A DNA stretch of 64,000 nt from Octopus vulgaris. Its lineage: Eukaryota. Position numbers and translations under genes: made by a program. How positions within the stretch are numbered: position 1 is the stretch's first letter; each line of letters starts with the position of its first letter. The notes under the pieces were generated by a model, which saw only the letters and a list, made by a program, of their open reading frames with translations, did no database searches and was not told the DNA's origin. Shown here one piece after another: positions 1 through 14,001 of this stretch. The stretch spans positions 155,682,001 to 155,746,000 of the forward strand of contig OX597815.1 in the NCBI GenBank assembly GCA_951406725.2. The letters run 5' to 3'.

Positions 1-423
1 GTAGTAAGTGGGTAGAATATAGCTGGTTAAATTGGTTCCAGTGCTTGAGTGATACTGGAAGGATAAATGGGTAAGTCAACCTTGGTGAGATTTGAACTCA
101 GTATATAAAGGCACACAACCGAATATCACAAAATATTTTGTTTGCCATTGTAACAATTCTGCTTATCTGTTCTCTTCGGTTGTGTGCACCAGGTGCTGAA
201 GAATCACAGCAGGCAGCAAGATTAAGAGTCACTGCAGGGGACATGATGAAGGACTGGTGAGATTTTGTAAGACTTGACCAACCCATCCCAGCATGGAGAA
301 TTAGTGCTTTATGATGATGTAAATCATTTGGTCCAGTAATTTACTATTTTTGCCATTCTATTATGTTTATATTATAAACAAGAAAAGATATTTTCAACAC
401 AAATTAATTATCTGGTTTTCTGT

Positions 424-829
424 TTACTCTTTACTTGTTTACTCTTTTACTTGTTTCAGTCATGTGACTGTGGCTATGCTAGGGCACCGCTTTTAGTCTT
501 ATTCTTTGTAAGCCAAGTACTTATTCTATCGGTCTCTTTTGCCGAACCACTAACTTATGGGGACGTAGACACACCAGCATGGGTTGTCAAGTGATATTCG
601 GGGGACAAACACAGACATACAAACACAGACACGCATATATCATATATATATATATACATATATATATGACAGGCTTCTTTCAGTTTCCATTAACCAAATC
701 CACTCACAAGGCTTTGGTCGGCCTGAAGCTATAGTAGAAGACACTTGCCCGAAGTGCCATGCAGTAGGACTGAACCCGGAACCATGTGGTTCATAAGCAA
801 GCTACTTACCACACAGCCACTCATATGCC
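424..829 (-). mobile_element. tRNA-derived SINE family A
   Basis: Head with A box TGGCTGTGTGG and B box GGTTCAGTCC, internal TA/TG microsatellite, (AAGAGTAA)n tail. Confidence 0.9.
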
Positions 830-1904
830 TGTTTATGTAATATTTAAAGCAAAAAATGTCTTGGCCTGAAGGTATTGTGCCTATAGTCTTTGTAGGTGTT
901 TTTGAGACTGGTGAAAGTGAATTAACAGCTGTAGGGAAAACAAGGGCAAGAAGATAATCTAGCAGGTTAACACTCCAAAGTAAAAAAAACATGGGGAAAG
1001 GTGGTCAAAGTAAGCATAAGAAGATGTGATGCAGTATAAGGGATAAGAAGTAGAGAAATTAGTTAATTAAGAAAACCTGAATAATGTTAGTTACTCTGTG
1101 ACACTAATTAGTCCTGTTTGGTTATACTAAGGATGAATAATTCATAGCATTGGTTTCATGCAGTGACCTGATATAGACCTAAATCAATTACTGATCATTT
1201 ACCCATATGGTATACTTAGTTCAGTGACAGAAAGTCAATTTTGATCACATAGTTTGTCTTAACTAGTGATATAAAAATTTAATCTGTGCTTTACCAACTT
1301 AGAATACAAAATATCTCTTCTGCTTTGTTAAAGCCAATAACTGATAAGACAGCAATCAATTTATCACAGGAGTAAAGGCATTGAGAGTATCCCAGTTATA
1401 AAAAGAGGAAAGAAAAAAACCTACTTAACTAAATAAGAATAGAGGGGAACATAGCAACGTATGCATGATATTTCAGCAGCAACAAAAATTCAAAATGTAT
1501 TTCTCTTATTTCTTAAAAGGCATAAACATTACAGCTACTGCTGAATATCACTATTTAATAGATTAACATTGGCAGCAGGGGTCTCTAGACTGTTATTTAG
1601 TTTTGTTTCTATACTTTGGGTTATAAATCCCTCTGGTCTTTCATCTGTTTGTGAAATCATAAAATAATTAATAGCAATGTTTTGTCATTATTCAACCAAC
1701 CTTGTCATTCAGTTTACAATCAGCAATGTTCCGTTTTCTCTATGAAAATTACATTTCTTCCCATGACATCATTATTTAATAGATTAAAAACGAACAATTT
1801 TAGAGGGTAGAACACAGGTATACTGGACCTCAGTTAAGGTCACTATTTACCTGCTTCTGTGTGACCAAGCCAGAGCAAAGTTGATCGATAGCTCTGTTCA
1901 TTTA

Positions 1905-2104
1905 TTATTCTTTTATTCCTTTATTCTTTTATTGGTTTCAGTCATCTGGCTGTGGCCATGGTGGAGCACTGCCTTTAGTCGATCAAATCGACCCTAGGAC
2001 TTATTCTATTGGAATCTCTTGCCGAACCGCTAAGTGACAGGTACATAAACACACCAGCATCAGTTGTCAAGCGATGTTGGGGGGACAAACACAGACACAC
2101 AAAC

Positions 2105-2148
<44 letters not shown>

Positions 2149-2303
2149 GATGGGCCTCTTTCAGTTTCCGTCTACCAAATCCACTCACAAGGCTTTGGTC
2201 GGCATGAGACTATAGTAGAAGACACTTGCCAAGGTGCCACACAGTGGGACTGAACCTGGAACCATGTGGTTGGTAAGCAAGCTACTGACCACACAGCCAC
2301 TTC
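1905..2303 (-). mobile_element. SINE family A
   Basis: Same consensus as 424-829. Confidence 0.9.
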
Positions 2304-3061
2304 TTTTATAGAAATAAAATCATTAATTTTTATTTCTATAGGAAAATTTTGACTTTCATTTTACAGATTGGTATGTATGATTTGTGTGTAAGTTATAGTA
2401 TGGTTCTAATGTCTTGTATATTAGTGAATAACATATTCAGAACAAATTTGTGCTGACTATATTAATGTTTTGACAATGTACAATCATTCTTTGTAGACCT
2501 AATACAAAAATTTGGTTTCTACACTCCCAAACAGCATTTGATCATTTTTCTAAGGTTGTTTACCATCAATAGAAGTAGTGATCCAGCTTTGGGTGTCAAA
2601 ATCACAACTATATCCATTAGACAAAAGTGAAAATTCTCCTGTTGTGTTAAATTGGATTTCACTGTCCAGTTAAGTCTCTACTCATTATCAATTCCTTGTG
2701 CTTTGTTGTTTGTTTTTTATGTTGTTTTAATGTTTTTACATAGATAATGAGGTTGTTAGGTCATTTTGGAACCTTGGTGGTGTTTGCTGCAGGGTTAGAT
2801 ATAGTATGATTCTTGCAGCTTGTAAATAATTATAGTTTAGCATAGTCAAATTGCTACTATAAGGGAAACTGAAACAAGCACACACATGCACACATGTGCG
2901 CAGACATACACATACACACGTATGTATAAATAAATAGATAAGTAGATACATATACACCTGTGTATGTATATGTGTGTATATACACACACACACACACATA
3001 TATATCCCTCTCTCTCTTTCGGAGAGGCACTGAGCAGCTATACACACACATACACACACGG

Positions 3062-3205
3062 CAGTAACTTCCACCTACCGAATTCAATCACAAAGCTCCG
3101 GTCGGCTCGGGGCTATAGTGGAAGACACCTACCCAAAGTGTCACACAGTGGGACTGAACCCGAAACCATGTAGCTAGGAAGCAAGCTCCCTAACCACACA
3201 GCCAT
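3062..3205 (-). mobile_element. SINE family A, head only
   Basis: gctatagtggaagacac...gggactgaacccgaaaccatg...accacacagcca. Confidence 0.8.
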
Positions 3206-3328
3206 ACACACACACACATATATATATGTATATATATATACAATACATATGCATAATACGTATATATGTATATTTACACACATGTGTAAAAGCAGATGTT
3301 AAACAATGATGATATATATGTATGTATT

Positions 3329-3359
<31 letters not shown>

Positions 3360-3423
3360 AAGTAAGTATGCATGGGTGTTTGCATATGAATTCAGGATTA
3401 TATCCTTTTACGCATAATCATCT

Positions 3424-3485
<62 letters not shown>

Positions 3486-3496
3486 GTATCTATTTG

Positions 3497-3665
3497 TTTT
3501 ATTCTTTTAATTGTTTTAGTTGACCAAATTGACCCCAGGACTTATTCTTTGTAAGCCTAGTACTTATTCCATCGGTCACTTTTGCTGAACCGCTAGGTGA
3601 CAGGAGCGTAACTTAGCATCGGTTGTCAAGCAATGTTGGGGGAAGAAACACAGACACACAAACTT

Positions 3666-3708
<43 letters not shown>

Positions 3709-3864
3709 TACGATAGGCTTCTTTCAGTTCCTGTCTACCAAATCCACTCACAAGGCTTTGGTCGGCCCAAGGCTATAGTAGAAGACACTTGCCCATGGTG
3801 ATACGCAGTGGGACTGAACCCGGAAGCATGTGGTTGGTAAGCAAGCTACTTACCAAACAGCTAC

Positions 3865-3865
<1 letters not shown>
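3497..3865 (-). mobile_element. SINE family A
   Basis: Same consensus as 424-829. Confidence 0.88.
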
Positions 3866-3906
<41 letters not shown>

Positions 3907-4422
3907 TACATACATACATGCATATATACATGCATGCATACATACATACATACATACATACATACATACATACATACATACATACATACATACATACATA
4001 CATGGATGCATGCATGCATATATACATACAGAACCTACAATAACCCATTTCCTGTCAGCTCTGATAGATATGTCAAACAGTTTAGTTTTATTTCCCTTGA
4101 CACTGACAAAGCAGCTTTACAGAAATTGTATTATAAAATACAAGATTTAGTGACATGATGGATGAGTATCACAGATGCTGATTCATTAAAATGCAAGCAC
4201 ACCAACCAAAACTTTAACTGTGTTCCTAGCAAAAGCTGTTTTTCTTTTGCTTAGCTGTAAATTGGCACTATGGTGTGATACAGCTCACTGCTGTTTGAGG
4301 GTTTAGAGGAACATTTCTTGCACTACATAATGATGTACGATATATATATTTAGCTGATTTCCAAATTCAGCCCCTCATATGATATAACCTCTGAGTTGAA
4401 GACCTCTCTTCATTTATTGAGC

Positions 4423-4695
4423 TACGAGGGTGGGCTGAAAGGTTCCAAGGCTGACTAAGAAGGAGTTACCATACAGTAATTATACTTGGCATGTATTAAA
4501 TTCAACCTTTCCTGATGCTAACTGCATGTTTTTTTTTCCAGATAAATCCACATTGGATAAAGAATTGAGGACTTGGAAAAGTGGTACTAGAGACATTTCG
4601 TGAAAATGGATAAAATTTGGCACCATAGTGTTATCAAATATCTGTAGAAAAAAAGGGGTTAGCCCCCAAGGACATTCATGCTGACATGTTTGCTA
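4423..4695 (+). mobile_element. 5' fragment of a mariner related to 49912-51204
   Basis: TA-CGAGGGTGGGCTGAAA TIR. Shares aaatttggca.cat.gtgttatcaa and cccaagga..ttcatgctgacatg with 50100-50180. Confidence 0.8.
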
Positions 4696-4701
4696 CAACA
4701 A

Positions 4702-4732
<31 letters not shown>

Positions 4733-4900
4733 AACAACAGCAATAATAATAACAACAACAACAACAACAACAACAACAGCAACAACAACAACAACAGCAA
4801 CAACAACAACAGCAACAACAACAACAACAACAGCAGCAACAGCAGCAACAACAACAACAACAACAACAGCAGCAGCAGTAACAACAACAACAACAACAAC
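4695..4900 (+). repeat. (CAA/CAG)n trinucleotide microsatellite
   Basis: Seen directly. Confidence 0.95.
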
Positions 4901-5390
4901 ATTAATTCTCTGTGTCTCATGAAAATGGTTGTCTCAGTATAGGAAAAACTGTAGACTTAGAACTCTAAAGGATTTGTATTTTTTCTTGAATCCTACTACA
5001 TGAATCTTTCAAAAATATCCTACCTACAAAACAGTGAAGCAACACTCAAGCAGCTTGCTCTGCTATAAATAATAGCCAATTTGCAATTCTATTATGTTAC
5101 TGTAAAAAAAGTAATATCTCATTCAGTAAAGTAGCCTTAGCTATTGCTAAAATGACAGTGTAGTCTTAACTGGAATATTTTTAATTACAATTGAAACCTG
5201 AAGAGTTTATGTTGCTGTTATTGTGAAACCCTAAATCAAACCTGCTTTAGTAGAACTGCCATCATTATCATCATCATCATTTAACATCCATTAAGTAATA
5301 ATGATGATGATGATAGTTCTACATGAACAAGTTTGATTTGGAGTTTTATCATAACATCTCCAACTCTTCACACTTTCCAGTTTGTGACAG

Positions 5391-5767
5391 CTCTTTTACT
5401 CTTTTAATTGTTTCAGGCATCTGACTGTGGCCATGCTGGAGCACCGCCTTTAGTCAAGCAAATCGACCCCGGGACTTATTCTTTGTAAGCCCACTACTTA
5501 TTCTGTCAGTCTCTTTTGCCAAACCGCTAAGTTAAACACACCAGCATCGGTTGTCAAGCGATGTAGGGGGGGACAAACACAGACACACACACATATACAT
5601 ATATACGACAGGCTTCTTTCAGTTTCTGTCTACCAAATCCACTCACAAGGCTTTGGTCAGCTCAAGGCTATAGTAGAAGACACTTGCCCAAGGTGCCACG
5701 CAGTGAGACTGAACCCGAAACAATGTGGTTCGTAAGCAAGCTACTTACCACACAGCCACTGCTACGC
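5391..5767 (-). mobile_element. SINE family A, about 30 bp from the donor of exon 5796-6276
   Basis: Same consensus. Supplies the C-terminal residues of ORF 5668..6297. Confidence 0.9.
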
Positions 5768-5795
5768 TGAAAAGAAAACAAGGAAAAGTTCTTAC

Positions 5796-6276
5796 CCATG
5801 TCTTTAGTTGATGGTTTGTACATGTGATGGTCATAGGAAACTGTTTCTTCAATCTCTGCAAGTGTTTTGGTAATGGCAAATTGTTCGAATAAGTCTTTTA
5901 AATCTTTACGACACCGTAACTCAAATGCTTTGAATAAATCCACAAAATCCAAGAAAGACAACTGTGTTGAATGTGTGATAGCGATTGATCTACTTTCAGA
6001 AGAGGGAAGACATCTGCCAGCATTGAGAGATCGTTTCCGTCGCCTGGAATGGTAATGCTCTGTAAAGCTGTATGTAATATTCCTTGATCTAAAGCCTGGC
6101 AAATAGTTGGTTGTTTGAATTTGGTTTATCACTGGATCATTCAAGAAGTTTTTACTGGGTTCAGATTTTGATTTACGGGTTGGGCTAGGAGTCTGCTGAT
6201 GGCTGTAAGTAGCTTTTGATGTTGACTCACAACTGCTAAATGTGCTAGAGCTGCTTGAACCTTTCGGACTGATATC
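5796..6276 (-). CDS. PLCE1: Phospholipase C epsilon exon, Ser-rich linker and start of EF-hand region (481 bp, phase 0 to 1)
   Basis: Acceptor gagcAG and donor G/GTAAGA. Contains [29 protein letters not shown], similar to PLCE1 [29 protein letters not shown] (recalled). Confidence 0.94.
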
Positions 6277-6459
6277 CTGCTCAAATAAAATTGACACGGA
6301 GAAAGAGAAAAGAAATATCAGTAATTTTTAGGCATTCAAATTTTTGAACAGATTTATTTTCCAAATGTATAAGTCAATTTAATACAATAAACGATGTAAT
6401 AGAAATTGTAACAGAAAACTTATATCATACATATACATATATTTGTATGTGTATATTTA

Positions 6460-6856
6460 TATTCTTTTATTCTTTTACTTGTTTCAGTTATTTGACTGTG
6501 ACCATACTGGAACACTACTTTTAGTTGAAGAAATCGACTCCAGGACTTATTCTTTGTATGCCTAGTACTAATTCTATTGGTCTCTTTGCCAAACCACTAA
6601 GTTACTGTTACGTAAACATACTGACACTGGTTGTCAAGTGATGGTGGGAGGAACAAACACAGACACACACATACACACACAAATATATACATATATATAT
6701 ATAACAGACATCTTTCAGTTTCTGTCCATCAAATTGATTCACCAGGCTTTGGTCGGCTCATGGTTATAGTGGTAGACACTTGCCCAAGATGTCACGCAGT
6801 GGGACTGAACCTGGAACCATGTGGTTATGAAGCAAACTTCTTACCACATAGCCATG
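6460..6856 (-). mobile_element. SINE family A (older copy)
   Basis: Same consensus, more diverged. Confidence 0.85.
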
Positions 6857-7024
6857 ATATATATTTACATATGTAAATATATGCATGTATACATACATAT
6901 ATGCATATGTGTATATTTACATGCAAATATATATACCCCCCACACACATTTTTATATATATACATACACATATGCACAGTCATATGTTTATAATTAATAT
7001 AATCCATTAATTAATATAATCGAT

Positions 7025-7680
7025 AGGCATAGGAGTGGTTGTGTGGTAAGTAGCTTGTTTATGAACCACATGGTTCTGGATTCAATCCCACTGTTTGGCA
7101 CCTTAGGCAAGTGTCTTCTACTATAGCCTTGGGCTGACCAAAGCCCTGCGGGTGAATTTCGTAGACAGAAACTGAAAGAAGCCCGTCATATATATGTATA
7201 TATATATAGGAAGCACTCCGTCGGTTATGACGATGAAGGTTCCGGTTGATCCGATCAACGGAACAGCCTGCTCGTGAAATTAACGTGTAAGTGGCTGAGC
7301 ACTCCACAGACACGTGTACCCTTAATGTAGTTCTCGGGGATATTCAGCGTGACACAGAGAGTGACAAGGCCGGCCCTTTGAAATACAGGTACAACAGAAA
7401 CAGGAAGTAAGAGTGAGAGAAAGTTGTGGTGAAAGAGTACAGCAGGGATCACCACCATCCCTGCCGGAGCCTCGTGGAGCTTTAGGTCGCCTCCCATATA
7501 TATGTATATATATGTATGTGTGTGTGTATATGTGTGTGTGTCTGTGTTTGTCCCCCCAACATTGCTTGACAACCGATGCTGGTGTGTTTTATGTCCTGGA
7601 GTTGATTTGCTCGACTAAAAGGCGGTGTTCCAGCATGGCCACAGTCAAATGACTGAAACAAGTAAAAGAGTAAAAGAGAG
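7025..7680 (+). mobile_element. SINE family A interrupted at its (TA)n tract by a family B SINE
   Basis: Head at 7025-7190 and tail at 7530-7680, flanking 7211-7486. Confidence 0.85.
7211..7486 (-). mobile_element. SINE family B, 5'-truncated and nested
   Basis: Near-identical reverse complement of 20250-20510. Confidence 0.88.
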
Positions 7681-8029
7681 TAATCAGATGATATTAATGT
7701 AAATTTCAGATAAATTCTTGTGAAAATACATATTGAAATGGATGATATCTATAATACTACTGACCTTAGAATTATCACATGTTTAGAGCTGATTCCAATA
7801 GCTCTACATATAAAGGAAGCTCATACATAAATACATACATACATACATACATACATACATACGCACATTACTTTATTACTTTATTGCCAGATGCTCTGAT
7901 ATATTGGTGGTCACAATGGGTTTCCATTTTGCTCTTCCTTCTTTACCATTTGGAACCAAATGGTTTGACAAAATCATATTCCCATTCTCTAGCAATCCTT
8001 CTGAATCATCTTGTCATATATCTATGTCT

Positions 8030-8235
<206 letters not shown>

Positions 8236-8442
8236 TGTAATGATGAAGTCAGATCAAATATCATTATTTAGATTCACTTCATTATTATAACTTGTATGAC
8301 TCAATGCCTTTAGAAACTAGCTGGCCCAAACTACACTTACACAGATATACTAACAATGATTTGGAGTAGTTTTCTTATATTTGACCAGTATCAAAATTTC
8401 TGGTACTGTGTACTGTTTCTTAGCATAACACTATATAAATAT

Positions 8443-8846
8443 TCTCTTTTACTCTTTTACTTGTTTCAGTCATTTGACTGCGGCCATGCTGCAGCACCAC
8501 CTTTAATCGAGCAACTAGACCCCGGGACTTATTCTTTTGTAAGCCCAGTACTTATTCTATCGGACTCTTTTGCCGAACCACTAAGCAACGGGGACATAAA
8601 CACACCAGCATCGGTTGTCAAGCAATGCTAGGGGGACAAACACAGACACACAAACTCACACACGCATATATATATATACATATATACGACGGGCTTCTTT
8701 CAGTTTCCGTCTACCAAATCCACTCACAAGGTATTGGTCGGCCCGAGGCTATAGTAGAAGACACTTGCCCAAGGTGCCATGCAGTGGGACTGAACCCGGA
8801 ACCATGTTGTTGGTAAACAAGCTACTTACCACACAGTCACTCCTAT
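8443..8846 (-). mobile_element. SINE family A
   Basis: Same consensus as 424-829. Confidence 0.9.
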
Positions 8847-8987
8847 ATATATATATATTTATATATATATATACTACTACTACTACTACTACTACTACTA
8901 ATATAGGATGAAGTCTTTTTTACAGAAAAAAAATTCCTTCAAAAAATGTGGCAGCATATTAAAATACCTTTAAGGTTAAAATTATAA

Positions 8988-9220
8988 ACAACTTATAAAT
9001 AAGGGCTAAAGAAAATTATTTCTATGCCAATATACTGATAACAGACTTTTAAATCGCCAATTTCCACATATTATTTACTCACTACAGAAAAGCACGAAGA
9101 TTTCAGCTCTTCGTGTTTTTCTGTAGCGAGTAAATAATATGTGGAAATTGATGATTTAAAAGTCTGTTATCAGCATATTGGCATAGAATTCATTTTCTTT
9201 AGCCCTTATTTATAAGTTGT
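8988..9220. repeat. Near-perfect palindrome, ~113-bp arms and 7-nt loop
   Basis: acaacttataaataagggctaaag...cacgaaga tttcagc tcttcgtg...ctttagcccttatttataagttgt, followed by (TA)n. Confidence 0.92.
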
Positions 9221-9303
9221 ATATATATATGTATATATATATATATATAATTGAAGAAATTGGAGTCAACAAGAAGGGGTATTGTTGGACTTTTCTTTTT
9301 AAT

Positions 9304-9403
9304 CACTACAATTGTTTCAATGCAACTTAGTGCTCCAGGTGTGCAAGTACTAGACTATACAACTCTTTCCCTGCATTATGAGATTTAGTTGTTTCCTCAG
9401 GTG
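9304..9403 (-). ncRNA. Type I hammerhead ribozyme motif (Penelope/retrozyme-like), intact core
   Basis: Minus strand reads CAC-CTGAGGA-AACAACT...AGTTGCATT-GAAA-CAATTG-TA-GTG: CUGANGA and GAAA core, palindromic stem III, GUA cleavage triplet, short stem I. Confidence 0.6.
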
Positions 9404-10044
9404 CATATCCAAATTTGTTTTCATGTGGGTATATGCATAGGTATGTATCTATGTATATACATGTATATAGTAGTGGAGCAGCCAGGTTGCCAGCTTGCTC
9501 GATGTGCCATTAGAATCTATATACAGGGGTCCATGTTAGTATCTAACGGGCCCCCACCCAAAGTTTGTGAATTTTTTTATTCATTCCTGGAAGAATGCAT
9601 TAGTTAGTTCAGCCTGGCTGTGTTTGTTGACAATTGAAAAGAATACAAAAAAAATAAAATAAATGATAGCATTGTAGTTGTGGGTGGGCCCCCTTAGTCT
9701 CCTGGCAACCAATATTTTTAGATCCTGTTCGCCACTGTATGTATATGTGCACAGGTGTATATATAATATGTATTATATATATCTATGCGTAGATATGTTT
9801 GTATATGGGTATATGCGTGTGAATATATATCTTTATATGTATGGGTGTGAGTATGTTGGTGTGCATGTGTGTATATGTAAGTAGATATATATACATATGT
9901 TAAGCATATGTATGCACAGACAGGCATCTGTGTATGTATATGTGTGTGACAGTAGGCACGTTTATATATGTGCCTGTATGTGACTGCGTACATGTCTGTA
10001 TATGTGAGTATGTGTGTATATACATATGTATATGTATGTGTAGA

Positions 10045-10092
<48 letters not shown>

Positions 10093-10428
10093 ATATATAA
10101 CTTTTTAAGGCTATTTGAAAATAAACAAAAGACAGAAAGGCAGGTATGGAAAACAGAAACGAACAATTGTATTAGTATGGCGCTCATGATAGAAATATAA
10201 ATAAAACAAGTCTTTAACGTTTGATTTTTTAATGTTTTTTAACGCTCTTACCCCATACGTGAGAAAGATACACTATATGAGAGAGAAAAACACAGAAAGT
10301 TTTTAGCTGCTATTTCTAATGAGTTCAGTATGTGAAAGTAAAAAAATGCCCGAATTGCCTTAAATGGTCCCTTTACATAGCTTGGTAATTGATTAATAAT
10401 TAATTAATCATTTTACCCTCAATTGTTG

Positions 10429-10469
<41 letters not shown>

Positions 10470-10505
10470 TGTATAATATATATATATATATATATATGTA
10501 CATAT

Positions 10506-10911
10506 ACTCTTTTACTCTTTTACTCTTTTACTTGTTTCAGTCATTTGACTGCGGCCATGCTGGAGCACCACCTTTAGTCGAGCAACTCGATCCCGGGACT
10601 TATTCTTTGTAAGCCCAGTACTTATTCTATCGGTCTCTTTGCCGAACCGCTAAGTGACGGGTACGTAAACACACCAGCATCGGTTGTCAAGCGATGGTGG
10701 GGGGACAAACACAGACACACAAACACACATGCACACATATATATACATATATACGACAGGCTTCTTTCAGTTTCCGTCTACCAAATCCACTCACAAGGCT
10801 TTGGTCGGCCCGAGGCTATAGTAGAAGACACGTGCCCAAGGTGCCACGCAGTGGGACTGAACCCGGAACCATGTGGTTGGTAAGCAAGCTACTTACCACA
10901 CAGCCACTCCT
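10506..10911 (-). mobile_element. SINE family A (young-looking copy)
   Basis: CpG-rich and close to consensus. Head 20-mer is duplicated at 10936-10955. Confidence 0.9.
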
Positions 10912-11124
10912 GTCTGTCTGTCTCTCTCTCTCTCTTTACCACACAGCCACTCCTGCGCCTATACTATATATTTATTATTTAGTAATTTATTTAGTTCTAG
11001 GTAAATGCTTTATTGTATCTTTAATTTTTTTCTATATGGTATGTTTTAAGTATATCATTGTTGAATTGCTTCATGGTGGTTCTTCTCTAATTTTATACAC
11101 ATATACATACATATATATATATAT

Positions 11125-11177
<53 letters not shown>

Positions 11178-12253
11178 TGGCTCACTTGGCCAATAATATT
11201 CCTCCTACTATACTTACTCAGTTTCCGACTACTGCCTTATTGCTCACCTACTAATTATCTATCTCTATCCTCTTTACTTAAATATGCAATCTGTGTGTAG
11301 GTATGTGTGAGAGCATATTTAAGTATGTAAGTACATGGAGGTATATATAAGCATGTATTCATTTATGTGTAAGCAGCCCCCCACACACACACAAACACAC
11401 ACACACACACACATATAGACCAATGTTCATATACATACACTTATGAGCCAACAGATGTTTGCCCGTATCTGTGTTCATGCATTTATACATTAGCTTATAC
11501 AAAAATGAGCATGTACTCGGCAATAGAGATGATATTGTGCTTAAATTTGCATATTCAAATACAAACTTCATTATGTGAACAATAGATGAAGTTTTGCTAA
11601 GAATAGAAGCAAAAGGAAGTTTATACCCTACCGCCACCCCCAACCACCACACACACATACACAAACAAACACATACACATAAGTGAAACATATTGCAAAC
11701 TTAATTAACTTTTGCAATTCAATTATTTAGTATTTTAATTTAATTATTTTTCTTTTTTGTTTTTCCAGTATAACAACATAAAGCTATAATTTTTATTTTG
11801 CTTATAAATTATTCAGTAATATTCTGAATTTAATTCAGAACGAAAACTGATAGGGTGTTTGGTCTGTGTGAAAGAACTTCCATTAAGAAAATAATGTTAA
11901 ACATGAATTGATAAATAGACAAAGTTATTACATTTAATTAATTTAGAAATTGCAGATGAGCAAGATGATAAAGTATCATGCATCAGAGTTTAAAAATATT
12001 TCTCCTATTACACCAGCACTGTATCCGTGTATTTAACTTTCAAGTGGTCAACCTACATAGCTTTGTATATGTCCCAAGAGTGGTATATTCCACTGTAAGC
12101 AACAACTGCATTAGTACAATATTAACTGCAAGTCAACAAGGAGCCTCTGCTTGGTCACTTCATCTACTAGAAATAGCAGCTTTATACCCCTTGAATGTTA
12201 AGCTTAATGCTTTAGAATAGGAAGGGCATATTTGATAATTTAGTCCTAAATAT

Positions 12254-12491
12254 ACTCTTTACTCTTTTACTCTTTTACTTGTTTCAGTCATTTGACTGTG
12301 GCCATGCTGGAGCACTGCCTTTAGTCAAGCAAATTAACCCCAGGAGTTATTCTTTGTAAGCCGAGTACTTATTCTATCGGTCTCTTTTGCCGAACCACTA
12401 AGCTATGGGGACGTAAACACACCAGCATTGGTTGTCAAGCGATGTTGGGGGTGGGACAAACACAGACACATACACATATACACACACATAC

Positions 12492-12522
<31 letters not shown>

Positions 12523-12704
12523 CTTATATAAGACGGGCTTCTTTCAGTTTCTGTCTACCAAATCTACTCACAAGGCTTTGGTCGGCCTGAGGCTATAGTA
12601 GAAGCCACTTGCCCAAGGTGCCATGCTGTGGGAATTAACCCAGAACCATCAGAACCATGTGGTTGGTAAGCAAGCTACTTACCACACAGCCACTCCTACG
12701 CCTA
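12254..12704 (-). mobile_element. SINE family A
   Basis: Same consensus as 424-829. Confidence 0.9.
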
Positions 12705-13255
12705 CATACTGCTTATGAAAAAGAAAAGAAAAATTTTTAAAGGCCTTTGCTGGAATGCCTTTGATTACAGGTCTTCTTGTTCAAGGCAGATCTCGGACTT
12801 ACAAAGAGGAAATCCATAAAACCACTCTCTGTTGACTTTTGTAGGTTTGCATGGAAAAAAAAAAGAAACTAACTGCCATAGGACATATAATGGCTGTGAG
12901 GTTAATGTATTTGATTTCAAATTATACAGAAGTTCGGATTCTACTACCATAGCTTATTAGGCTGTGCCAATCAGAGGAAGTTTGCATGATTGAACATCAT
13001 CATTGTATTATTCTCCCAATTCCTAGGCTTGTATGAGTCAGTTGAAATTTGTTGAAGCAAATTTTCTCTGGCTGGATGTATCTTCAGTCATCTCATTAAC
13101 CCTCACCTTTTTTCAAGCAAGGTCATATTCCCTTTAGTCCTTCAAACATGAGCAGCACAATCGATGGACATGATTTCACTGAAGATTGCAAACAAATGAC
13201 ACCGTATATATGACAATAACATTCCTTTACAACCTCACACAATCTTAAGACTAAA

Positions 13256-13286
<31 letters not shown>

Positions 13287-13677
13287 GACATATCATCGTC
13301 TTTTAACATCTGACATTGGTTGTATAATTTTAACAGGATCCAAATGGTCTGAGGACTACATCATGCTCTAATATTTGCTTTGGCATGGTTTCTATGGCTG
13401 GATGTTCTTCCTAATGCCAAAATATTTTACAGAGTATACTGGATGTCACCACACAGACTGGTAGGCTAAGTTCCCTTTGGCTGATTGAGGCTACAGTAGA
13501 GAGGGACATGCGTTGTCTGTGGAAAATGTTTTCTCAGACAAAAACCACAGCATCATGCCTTACAATGGTATAGCATGATATACAGATTACAATTTTAAAC
13601 ATGCATATACTTATAAAGGCAGTGAAAGAGAGAAAATTAATTAGATGAAGATGCTGACAGAGAAAGATAGGATATTT

Positions 13678-13834
<157 letters not shown>

Positions 13835-13854
13835 TTTAATGTTCAGAACCTCAC

Positions 13855-14001
13855 TTTGGAGGAAGCAATTCCTGAACTATGTTTTTTTTTGAAAATTATT
13901 GGTCCACCAAATCCTTGAGTTCCTTTCTTTGAAGTTACTTGAGTTTCAACAGAATTGTTTACATTCTGGGTACCACTTGACCATCGCCTGCCACCGAATG
14001 T
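13855..14001 (-). CDS. PLCE1: Phospholipase C epsilon exon (147 bp, phase 0 to 0), absent from the ORF track
   Basis: Acceptor ttgtttAG and donor AAA/GTGAGG. Reads TFGGRRWSSGTQNV...FKKKHSSGIASSK. FGGRRWS is the motif that follows GPTxAxA in PLC-epsilon. Confidence 0.92.

Noticed and set aside
5668-5795. C-terminal extension of the 209-aa ORF
   Set aside because: It is read-through past a strong GTAAG donor into a SINE.
9140-9205. Possible hammerhead in the right arm of the 8988-9220 palindrome (TTGATGA...GAA)
   Set aside because: The core is non-canonical and the stems are unconvincing.
10110-10260. Possible decayed PLE-type hammerhead next to (TA)n
   Set aside because: Too degenerate to fold or to recognise the core.
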